A stretch of 32,000 bases of DNA from Nonlabens ponticola. Its GTDB lineage: Bacteria; Bacteroidota; Bacteroidia; Flavobacteriales; Flavobacteriaceae. The stretch lies in contig NZ_CP034549.1 in NCBI RefSeq assembly GCF_003966335.1, forward strand, positions 1,440,001 through 1,472,000, given 5' to 3'. The notes beneath the pieces were generated by a model, which saw only the letters and a program-made list of their open reading frames with translations, was not told the origin of the DNA and did no database searches. Shown here in pieces: positions 24,866 through 32,000 of the stretch. Numbering within the stretch: position 1 is the first letter of the stretch; the number at the start of each line of letters is the position of its first letter. A program made the position numbers and the translations under genes.

Positions 24866-25537
24866 CTAGACAGCTACCTGCTCAAAAAAAGCACCTATTT
24901 CTTTTTTCTTATCCACGATATGGATCTCGATGATCCAGTGACGTTGATTTCCTGATTGATCCAGTGCGTTCATTGGCACATGATTTTCTGGATGTATGTA
25001 ATTGGTTTTCAATTCTTTTTCTAGCTGCTCATGTGGAAAGTGACCTATCAAGTGTCCAGCTATAGGTCCACCATATTCCCAACCGTGATCTGCAGCAAGT
25101 TCCGCACAGTACTCATACAATTGTGAACCAGTCATAGACGGATTGTCGGTCAAGTACTTCTGAGCGATATACCAAAGCTTTTCAGAATCTGCTGCTAGTT
25201 TCTTTTTTATTTCATCGTTTCCTAAGACGTAGGTACGGCCGTAATCAGCTTCCCATTCTTCTATGATAGGCCCGAAGTCAAGAAATACAATATCGTCTTC
25301 TTGAACCACTAGATTTTCTGGATTTTCTTCATATGGATGAAGCGTATTTCTACCAGCACGCACTATGCGTTTGTGCCAGTATTTCTCAATCCCGTATAAT
25401 TCTCTGGCAAGCTTAAATATTGCCTCATTGATCTCTTTTTCAGTCTGTCCAGCACGTATGATGTTGCGCTTGACGGCTTCTTGAAAAAGGTTTTCCGCTT
25501 TTTGCTCTGCTTGCTTAAGGTGTTCAATACTTGTCAT
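24866..25537 (-). CDS. M24-family metallopeptidase (pita-bread fold, catalytic domain only)
   Basis: Candidate metal ligands are spaced as in M24: FLDFGPIIEEWEADYGRT (D/D), GHLIGH (H), and IEIHIV (E). At 223 aa the protein lacks an N-terminal creatinase-like domain. Confidence 0.65.
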   Translation of the reverse strand: MTSIEHLKQAEQKAENLFQEAVKRNIIRAGQTEKEINEAIFKLARELYGIEKYWHKRIVRAGRNTLHPYEENPENLVVQEDDIVFLDFGPIIEEWEADYGRTYVLGNDEIKKKLAADSEKLWYIAQKYLTDNPSMTGSQLYEYCAELAADHGWEYGGPIAGHLIGHFPHEQLEKELKTNYIHPENHVPMNALDQSGNQRHWIIEIHIVDKKKEIGAFFEQVAV

Positions 25538-25610
25538 GATTCAAAGATACTACTCGCTGGTAAGACCTAGACGTGTTAAATAATACTAAATTAATCACTT
25601 AACGATAGTA

Positions 25611-26321
25611 TTGCTATTAATTTCGTCTAAAACTAACCGTTTGGATACCATACTCAAAAATTTGAGAGTTGAGATCAACTCAAATATCTATGTCAAAGAT
25701 CCTGAATCTTCTGATCTAGGTAAAAGAATCGTAGAATCAAGTATCTTGATGATACATGAAATGGGCTTTGAGACCTTTACTTTTAGAAAGCTAGGTAAGG
25801 CTATTGGTTCCAACGAGAGCTCCATTTACAGATACTTTGAGAATAAACATAAACTGTTGTTATACTTAACATCCTGGTATTGGGGTTGGATGGAATATCA
25901 GCTAGTTATTCAAACACTGTCTTTATCACAGCCAAAAGATAAGCTCAGAAAAGCTGTGCAAATTCTAACCAAAGAAATCGTACAGGATTTAGACTTTGAT
26001 CATATTGATGAAGTGCTCCTCAGTAAAATAGTGGTAGAAGAATATTCAAAATCCTATTTGACTAAAGAAGTAGATCAAGAAAACAAGCAAGGTTACTTTT
26101 CAATCTACCAGCGACTGGTAACGAGATTGAAGGATTTGATTCACACGGTCAATCCACATTATAAGTTTCCAGCATCCTTGAGCAGTACGATTATTGAAGG
26201 CGCATTACACCAGCATTTTTTAAAAAGGCATTTTCCAGCGTTGACAGATTGTAACGCTACCGTTTCTCCTACACATTATTTTATGGATTTAATTGACTTA
26301 ATAGCCGATAGCCATGAGTGA
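25611..26321 (+). CDS. TetR/AcrR-family transcriptional regulator
   Basis: HTH region LGKRIVESSILMIHEMGFETFTFRKLGKAIGSNESSIYRYFENKHKLL. There is no in-frame ATG before the HTH, so the start is a non-ATG codon (TTG at 25611 or later) and is uncertain. The stop overlaps the ABC gene start by 8 nt. Confidence 0.75.
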   Translation: MLLISSKTNRLDTILKNLRVEINSNIYVKDPESSDLGKRIVESSILMIHEMGFETFTFRKLGKAIGSNESSIYRYFENKHKLLLYLTSWYWGWMEYQLVIQTLSLSQPKDKLRKAVQILTKEIVQDLDFDHIDEVLLSKIVVEEYSKSYLTKEVDQENKQGYFSIYQRLVTRLKDLIHTVNPHYKFPASLSSTIIEGALHQHFLKRHFPALTDCNATVSPTHYFMDLIDLIADSHE

Positions 26322-28008
26322 TAATAAGAACAAAAATATACTTACCGCATGGCAACGTCTGGTACGCATGCTAGAATTAGACAAACGCGATGTTTATCAG
26401 ATTTTTTACTATGCGATTTTTGCAGGACTAGTAGGTTTATCATTACCGCTAGGTATTCAAGCCATCATTAACTTGATACAAGGTGCACAGATCAGCTCTT
26501 CCTGGATTTTGTTAGTAGTCTTGGTGACGCTAGGTGTAGCCTTTGGTGGTGCGTTGCAGATCATGCAAATAAGAATCACAGAGAATATACAGCAGAAAAT
26601 ATTTACCAGATCATCTTTTGAATTCGCTTACCGATTCCCTAAGATCAAGATGAGCGAGTTGAGCAATTACTATCCGCCAGAGTTAGCCAATAGGTTTTTC
26701 GATACCCTAAATATCCAAAAAAGTCTATCAAAGTTGCTAGTTGATTATCCTACTGCGATTCTTCAAATTGTATTTGGATTATTGCTGCTCTCGTTTTACC
26801 ATCCGTTTTTTATCGCCTATGGCTTCCTGCTATTGATGTTAGGATTACTATTATTCAAATACACCGCGGAACGTGGATTAAAAACCAGTATCAAAGAGTC
26901 AAAAAGTAAATATAAGGTTGCACACTGGCTACAGGAAGTTGCACGATCCATCATCAGTTTTAAACTATCAGGAAAAACATCTCATGCAGTAGAACGTAAC
27001 GATGAATTAACAACCGAGTATCTAGTCTATCGAGAGAAGCACTTCAAAGTGCTGATTTTACAAGCTATACAGTTGATAGGATTTAAAGTGTTGGTGACCG
27101 CTGGTTTATTAATCATAGGTGGATTTTTGGTATTGAATCAAGAAATGAATATAGGTCAGTTTGTAGCGGCAGAGTTGATCATCATTATTATTATTGGTGC
27201 AGTTGAGAAGATCATCACCGGACTGGAATCCTTTTATGACATGCTGACCTCACTAGAAAAGTTAGGTGAGGTAGTAGATAAGGAATTGGAACAGGCAAAA
27301 GGCGATAAACCATTTAAAGAGAACGAAAACTTTGAGGTACAGTTAGAAAATGTATCCTACTCAGTTCCAGATAGGTCAGAACCTATTATTGATCAGGTCA
27401 ATCTACACATGTCGAGAGACTGCTCGATATTACTCAATGGCGCTAACGGTAGTGGTAAAGCAACTTTGTTGCGATTAATCGCTGGTATTATTGAGCCTAC
27501 AGGTGGTAACGTGTTTTTGAACAATATCAATTTAAAAGGAGTTAATCTGAATTACTATAGATCTAGTTTAGGTCAATCGCTAACTGAAGAAACACCATTT
27601 GAAGGAACCTTGCGCAACAATATCACTTTTGGAAACAAAGAAGTTTCAGATGATGATGTTTATAAGGTGATTGAGAATGTGGGCTTGACCAAATTCTTGA
27701 AAAGATTACCAGAAGGTCTTGATACCTTTTTGTTTCCAGAAGGTAAACGCCTTAGCTATACCATTAGTAAAAAGATCGTGTTGGCAAGAGGTATCGTCCG
27801 TAAACCAAAAATGTTGATACTCAAGGATCCATTGGATCAATTTGATAATGATGAAAGTGATCGCATCATGAATTTCCTTACTGATAAAAGTAACGGCTGG
27901 TCACTCATAGTGGTGAGTCAAAACGAGCGATGGCTCAACAAATGTGGTCGCATCGTGACCCTAGAGAAAGGTAGAATCATTGAAGATAAATCCATAAACA
28001 ATGCTTAA
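26314..28008 (+). CDS. ABC exporter half-transporter (6-TM domain fused to an NBD, HlyB/bacteriocin-exporter-like, no C39 peptidase domain) with a degenerate ATPase domain
   Basis: An N-terminal TMD is followed by a C-terminal NBD of ABC architecture, but the motifs are non-canonical. Walker A is GANGSGKAT. The signature reads LSYTI instead of LSGGQ. Walker B reads LILKDP instead of LILDE. The H-loop reads SQ instead of xH. Confidence 0.8.
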   Translation: MSDNKNKNILTAWQRLVRMLELDKRDVYQIFYYAIFAGLVGLSLPLGIQAIINLIQGAQISSSWILLVVLVTLGVAFGGALQIMQIRITENIQQKIFTRSSFEFAYRFPKIKMSELSNYYPPELANRFFDTLNIQKSLSKLLVDYPTAILQIVFGLLLLSFYHPFFIAYGFLLLMLGLLLFKYTAERGLKTSIKESKSKYKVAHWLQEVARSIISFKLSGKTSHAVERNDELTTEYLVYREKHFKVLILQAIQLIGFKVLVTAGLLIIGGFLVLNQEMNIGQFVAAELIIIIIIGAVEKIITGLESFYDMLTSLEKLGEVVDKELEQAKGDKPFKENENFEVQLENVSYSVPDRSEPIIDQVNLHMSRDCSILLNGANGSGKATLLRLIAGIIEPTGGNVFLNNINLKGVNLNYYRSSLGQSLTEETPFEGTLRNNITFGNKEVSDDDVYKVIENVGLTKFLKRLPEGLDTFLFPEGKRLSYTISKKIVLARGIVRKPKMLILKDPLDQFDNDESDRIMNFLTDKSNGWSLIVVSQNERWLNKCGRIVTLEKGRIIEDKSINNA

Positions 28009-29356
28009 TATTTCCAAAACAGAACTGGTAAAGCGCTTGGATTTGGATGAATTTGATTCCGGCAAGCGTGTGTTGCACCGCACCCATTTTGAATACTTCA
28101 ACAGGTTCTTAATTGGGTTTGCCATCATCATGATTATCGTGCTTTTCCTACCATGGACGCAAACCGTTACCGGTAATGGTTTTGTAACAACCTTGACACC
28201 AGATCAACGACCGCAAACCATACAATCACCTATTCCTGGTCGATTAGAGACATGGTTTGTTCGTGAAGGTGATCGTGTTTTCAAGGGCGATACGATCCTA
28301 CAAATAAGCGAGGTAAAAAGTGAATACTTTGATCCAGAGCTGGTCAATCGTACCGATTTACAAATTGACGCCAAAGAGCAATCCGTTGAGTCATATGATT
28401 TTAAGATTCAATCGTTGAGGCAACAAACCGTTGCACTGCAGTCAGAGTTGCAATTAAAATTAAACCAGGCAGCAAACAAACTAGAACAAGCAAAGCTCAA
28501 GGTGGTGAGCGATAGTATCGATCTAGAAGCAGCAAGAACAAATCAAACCATTGCAGAGCGTCAACTGGAACGTACCGCAACACTTGAAGATGAAGGCCTC
28601 AAATCTCAGGTAGATGTAGAACAAAAACGCTTGAAACTACAAGAGACTCAAGCTAAATTAATATCGCAACGTCAAAAATTACTGCAAAGTAAAAATGAGG
28701 TGACCAATGCTCAAATCGAGATAAGTCGCACCAGACAAGAGTATGCAGAAAAGATAGCCAAAACTAGAAGCGATTTAGGTAGCGCCCAGTCAGACCAGCT
28801 GGATGTAGCTGTTCAAGTGAGTAAACTGCAATCTGACCGTGCAAATTACAGCATGAGAAACGATTTGTATTTTATCACAGCACCACAGGATGGCTTTATC
28901 AATAAAGCCATCAAATCGGGTTTAGGCGAGACTTTTAAAGAAGGTGAGCCGCTGGTCAACATCATGCCGTCCAACTATGATCTTGCGGTAGAGACTTTTG
29001 TCGAGCCTATCGACTTGCCGTTACTCCATAAAGGAGAACACGTACGCGTACAATTTGATGGATGGCCGGCAATCGTTTTCTCTGGATGGCCCAACGCTTC
29101 AGTAGGTACTTATGGAGCAGAGATTGTTGCCGTAGAAACCTTTACGTCAAGCAACGGTAAATACCGCGTGCTGCTGGCTCCTGACAACATCGATGATGAG
29201 TCCTGGCCAGAGGCACTGCGTCCTGGCGCCGGCGCCTACACCATCGCATTACTAGAAGATGTGCCTGTTTGGTACGAGATATGGCGACAATTGAATGGTT
29301 TCCCACCTGATTATTACACACCAGAAAGCGACAGCAAGGATGATAAGAAAAAGTAG
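28001..29356 (+). CDS. HlyD-family membrane fusion (periplasmic adaptor) protein
   Basis: It has a single N-terminal TM segment, a lipoyl-like segment (SPIPGRLETWFVREGDRVFKGDTILQI), a long coiled-coil, then a beta-barrel (APQDGFINKA..GE.F.EGEPL..I). The start overlaps the ABC stop by 8 nt. Confidence 0.85.
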   Translation: MLNISKTELVKRLDLDEFDSGKRVLHRTHFEYFNRFLIGFAIIMIIVLFLPWTQTVTGNGFVTTLTPDQRPQTIQSPIPGRLETWFVREGDRVFKGDTILQISEVKSEYFDPELVNRTDLQIDAKEQSVESYDFKIQSLRQQTVALQSELQLKLNQAANKLEQAKLKVVSDSIDLEAARTNQTIAERQLERTATLEDEGLKSQVDVEQKRLKLQETQAKLISQRQKLLQSKNEVTNAQIEISRTRQEYAEKIAKTRSDLGSAQSDQLDVAVQVSKLQSDRANYSMRNDLYFITAPQDGFINKAIKSGLGETFKEGEPLVNIMPSNYDLAVETFVEPIDLPLLHKGEHVRVQFDGWPAIVFSGWPNASVGTYGAEIVAVETFTSSNGKYRVLLAPDNIDDESWPEALRPGAGAYTIALLEDVPVWYEIWRQLNGFPPDYYTPESDSKDDKKK

Positions 29357-30803
29357 CACCATACTGCTCTCGCTATGCACAATGATGACTTATGCAGTGC
29401 AGATTGATGAAGTTACGCTTTCGCGAAAGCTAACAAACCCACAAGCTACAGTGCAACCAGTGGAGGATACGGTAGTGCTAAGTTTGAGGGAATATCTGGG
29501 CTATGTCAAGCGTCATCATCCAGTAGCTTTACAGGCAGAATTGCTACTTGATGAAGGGCAAGCAAATTTACTGCAAGCGCGTGGCGGTTTTGATCCAAAA
29601 ATCGAGGTAGATTATCGTCGCAAGGATTTCAAGGACATTGAGTATTACGATGAATTGACGGGTGTTTTTAAGATTCCAACCTGGTATGGCGTCGAGTTCA
29701 AAGCAGGAGCAGAGCGTAACGAAGGTGAGTTCCTGGATCCATCGCTAACTGTGCCTGACGGTGGTTTATACAGTGCTGGTGTGCAGGTAAATCTAGGTCA
29801 AGGATTGTGGATCAATGAACGTATGGCCACTTTGAGAAAAGCCAAGTTATTCCAACAACAATCACAGGCCGATCGCGATCTTGCAGTCAATGCGGTACTT
29901 TATGATGCGTCAAATGCTTATTTTGAATGGTGGCGCGCGACACAAGAAGTGGCTTTCTTCAAATCCATACTGGCAAATGCGATACAACGCAAGCAAGCTG
30001 TTGTGGTAAGTGCTAGGCTAGGAGATAAGGCCGCGATTGATACTGTAGAAGCGGGAATTGCTGTCCAGACAAGGAGATTGAGTCTTGAAAAAGCACAAAT
30101 CCAATTGACTAAAAGACGATTGCAGGTATCCAATTTTCTATGGCTAGATGGCGTACCGGTTGAATTGCAGGATAATGTCGTACCGCAAGAGCAATTGCAA
30201 GAAGTGACCAACGATGTGCTGGCGCTAGAAGGTCAACAGCTCAATGAATTTAATGTAGAGAATCACCCAAAAATCGTATCACTCAATTTTAAGTTAGATC
30301 AACTAGATGTGGATCGACAACTCAAAGCCAATAAATTGTTGCCCAAAGTAACCGTCGATTACAACTTTATCACTCCAGACTGGAACGAACTTAATTCAAT
30401 CAATCAAAATAATTACAAAGCTGGACTCACGTTTGCCTATCCTATTTTTACTAGGAAAGAACGTGGCGATTTGCGACTTGCCAAAATCAAGATCGACGAT
30501 GCCAGATACGGCCTGCAATCTGAATCATTGATCCTGCGCAATAAAGTAATTGCTATATTCAATGAGCTAGATAGTTACCAGCGTCAAGTCATCCTAGCAG
30601 ATGAGCTTGTCAACATGGCGGAAACCATGTTGCGAGCAGAGAATCGAAAATTTGAATTGGGTGATAGCTCGCTGTTTATTATCAACTCACGAGAGGCAAA
30701 ATTGATTGATTCTCAAGTAAAAGCGTTGGAAGTTCAGGAAAAACTATTGAGCGTCAAAGCAGAACTTTTTCGTAGTCTAATGGTGTTGCCAGAAAATTTG
30801 TAG
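29340..30803 (+). CDS. TolC-family outer-membrane efflux protein
   Basis: Signal peptide MIRKSSTILLSLCTMMTYA, then LSLREYLGYVKRHHP... with two TolC-type repeat halves. I prefer the ATG at 29340 over the track start at 29295. It overlaps the HlyD stop by 17 nt. Confidence 0.8.
   Translation: MIRKSSTILLSLCTMMTYAVQIDEVTLSRKLTNPQATVQPVEDTVVLSLREYLGYVKRHHPVALQAELLLDEGQANLLQARGGFDPKIEVDYRRKDFKDIEYYDELTGVFKIPTWYGVEFKAGAERNEGEFLDPSLTVPDGGLYSAGVQVNLGQGLWINERMATLRKAKLFQQQSQADRDLAVNAVLYDASNAYFEWWRATQEVAFFKSILANAIQRKQAVVVSARLGDKAAIDTVEAGIAVQTRRLSLEKAQIQLTKRRLQVSNFLWLDGVPVELQDNVVPQEQLQEVTNDVLALEGQQLNEFNVENHPKIVSLNFKLDQLDVDRQLKANKLLPKVTVDYNFITPDWNELNSINQNNYKAGLTFAYPIFTRKERGDLRLAKIKIDDARYGLQSESLILRNKVIAIFNELDSYQRQVILADELVNMAETMLRAENRKFELGDSSLFIINSREAKLIDSQVKALEVQEKLLSVKAELFRSLMVLPENL
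29417..29430. repeat. GCTTTCGCGAAAGC palindrome, copy 9 (extended GTTACGCTTTCGCGAAAGCTAAC, 29412-29434)
   Basis: It lies inside the TolC-family gene just after the signal peptide. It is read in a different frame (LSRKL, within VTLSRKLTN). Confidence 0.95.
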
Positions 30804-30808
30804 CATTT

Positions 30809-31525
30809 TTATTTTGCAAGAAATAGGGTCAACGCTTGTGGTTCAACTGCGTCCAGATGTCCCATGGCATTGCGGTTTGTAGTCATTAGATGAACGTGAA
30901 TATTAGAATCGTGGTGCGTGTAAATTCCTTTATGGTGTTGAGAATAGAAACCTACCATGACTACTTCTTCATTTTCCAGTGTAAAATTTCGCTGGCCTTT
31001 ATGAGCATCTTGAGGCGATTTTATAACAGATCCAGGCGCTAGATTTTGCACATGGATAAAAGCGTTGCTCACTTTTCCCTCTAATTTAAACATCGTTTCA
31101 ATAGATTGATCTTTAAGTTGTGATTGAATAAATAGTTCGAGAGACGATAAGTCAGACACAGTGGCTGGAACTTCAATTTCCTTCCATTGATACGCTTGGG
31201 CATAGACAAAAAACGGTGCACTCGCGTTGGCAGTTTTCTCGACCTTCATGAGACCATCGTTTTCTATTCTTGATATATAGATATCACCATCAAACACCAT
31301 GAGTTCACCAGTAAGCGCAGTCGCTGGACCTATACCGTACAAATTTTGAGTGTCAAGTGTATCGAGTTTGATGGTATTGCTTAGATCACCTCGCAGCATT
31401 ACATTTCTCATGGCACCAGTATGCCGCACTTGAGAAGAAATACTCTCCGTTTTTTGATCGCAAGAAATAAGTAGGAACGAGAACAATATGGCAAGAACTG
31501 TAGTAGATATTTTCATTATTTTCAT
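30809..31525 (-). CDS. Acetolactate decarboxylase (AlsD/BudA) family homologue with a lipoprotein signal peptide
   Basis: Lipobox FLLISC. GAMRNVMLRGDLSNTIKLDTL...LYGIGPATALTGELMVFDGDIYIS matches the pattern I recall for flavobacterial proteins annotated as acetolactate decarboxylase. A C-terminal His cluster (HHKGIYTHHDSNIHVH) could be the metal site. Confidence 0.55.
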   Translation of the reverse strand: MKIMKISTTVLAILFSFLLISCDQKTESISSQVRHTGAMRNVMLRGDLSNTIKLDTLDTQNLYGIGPATALTGELMVFDGDIYISRIENDGLMKVEKTANASAPFFVYAQAYQWKEIEVPATVSDLSSLELFIQSQLKDQSIETMFKLEGKVSNAFIHVQNLAPGSVIKSPQDAHKGQRNFTLENEEVVMVGFYSQHHKGIYTHHDSNIHVHLMTTNRNAMGHLDAVEPQALTLFLAK

Positions 31526-31546
31526 TTGATAGATTTTAGTAAGGCT

Positions 31547-32000
31547 CTAATCCATCTCGTCATCGACTATAGGTTCTATGGATTTACTGCTAGATGCCGT
31601 GAGTCTTTTGATCTCTTGTAATTCTTCGCTCGTTAGATTGCGATAGGTTCCCTGCGGTATGTCAAGCTCAACATTCATGATGCGCACGCGCTTGAGTTTG
31701 GTCACGCGATAATCTAGGTATTCACACATACGACGTATTTGCCTGTTGAGACCTTGCGTGAGCACAATTCTAAAGGTCTTACGGCCTAGTTGTTCTACCT
31801 CGCATTCTCTGGTAACGGTATTGAGAATAGGCACGCCAGCAGCCATACGTTTAATGAATTGATTGTTGATGCTGTGATTGACAGTCACAATGTATTCTTT
31901 CTCATGATTATTACGCGCTCGCAGGATTTTATTGACAATGTCGCCATCGTTCGTTAGGAAGATTAATCCTTCGCTGGGTTTGTCTAATCGACCTATGGGA
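31547..32000 (-). CDS. Pseudouridine synthase, RsuA/RluB/RluF family (C-terminal two-thirds; the 5' end lies beyond the right edge)
   Basis: The track ORF starts at 31888, but the frame stays open upstream to 32000. My translation there gives [42 protein letters not shown], which contains the catalytic GRLDxxSEGLxxLTNDG motif. Downstream is [11 protein letters not shown]. Confidence 0.85.
   Translation of the reverse strand, partial: PIGRLDKPSEGLIFLTNDGDIVNKILRARNNHEKEYIVTVNHSINNQFIKRMAAGVPILNTVTRECEVEQLGRKTFRIVLTQGLNRQIRRMCEYLDYRVTKLKRVRIMNVELDIPQGTYRNLTSEELQEIKRLTASSSKSIEPIVDDEMD

Noticed and set aside
1388-29430. The GCTTTCGCGAAAGC copies could be parS (ParB-binding) sites.
   Set aside because: parS is also a 16-bp palindrome with TTTC/GAAA arms. 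However, when the two are centred the bases do not match (TGTTTCAC|GTGAAACA versus CGCTTTCG|CGAAAGCG). Nine sites in 32 kb is also far denser than known parS clusters. I cannot exclude a different site-specific binder.
1388-29430. The palindromes could be a CRISPR array, a REP/RAYT element, or a MITE or Rickettsia-RPE-like insertion.
   Set aside because: They have no regular spacing or spacers, so they are not CRISPR. They are only 14-23 bp long, lack target-site duplications, and have no RAYT or transposase nearby. At least the kpsF copy seems to replace five codons rather than add them. The intergenic subfamily could still be insertional.
29871-29880. Other short CG-centred palindromes occur, namely GATCGCGATC at 29871-29880, ATCGCGAT at 365-372 and CTCGCGAG at 709-716.
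   Set aside because: Each is a single copy of 8-10 bp, which is within chance expectation. They are not related to the 14-mer beyond the CGCG centre.
1-32000. I searched for tRNA or rRNA genes, integrases, transposases, toxin-antitoxin pairs, restriction-modification systems and other defence gene signatures.
   Set aside because: I saw no T-loop (GTTCRANYC)-bearing cloverleaf candidates in the intergenic gaps. No ORF carries the motifs of these families. The window is essentially core housekeeping.

Overview
This window looks like a core-chromosome segment of an AT-rich Bacteroidota (Flavobacteriia-like) genome. The taxonomic call rests on a PorV-family outer-membrane protein, TAnnTTTG-type promoter boxes, and a long SecA without a zinc-finger tail. 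I call 35 tightly packed protein-coding genes, two of them truncated at the window edges. Most are housekeeping: lnt, pssA, lptB, meaB, secA, a PduO-type adenosyltransferase, tatC, kpsF, recQ, a cyclophilin-FKBP fusion PPIase, tpiA, prmA, clpS, a TetR-ABC-HlyD-TolC export operon, and a pseudouridine synthase. I saw no rRNA, tRNA, CRISPR array, transposase, integrase, phage gene or recognisable defence gene.

The main signal the gene map does not explain is a perfect 14-bp palindrome, GCTTTCGCGAAAGC, present 9 times in 32 kb (about 1e-4 copies expected). Seven copies lie inside unrelated conserved genes. Six of those seven are read in the one frame that encodes Ala-Phe-Ala-Lys-Ala. The other two copies sit next to intrinsic terminators. 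Flanking bases split the copies into at least two extended subfamilies. I regard this as a candidate genome-wide sequence system (uptake-signal-like, or an architectural or protein-binding site) of unknown function.

Secondary observations:
- The ABC exporter in the TetR-ABC-HlyD-TolC operon has degenerate catalytic motifs throughout its ATPase domain.
- A secreted protein of about 16% arginine with YD-like repeats follows a 328-bp structured, GC-enriched leader.
- There is a dual-family immunophilin (cyclophilin plus FKBP).
- An acetolactate-decarboxylase homologue carries a lipoprotein signal.

All homology calls come from my reading of the translated ORFs. No database search was run.
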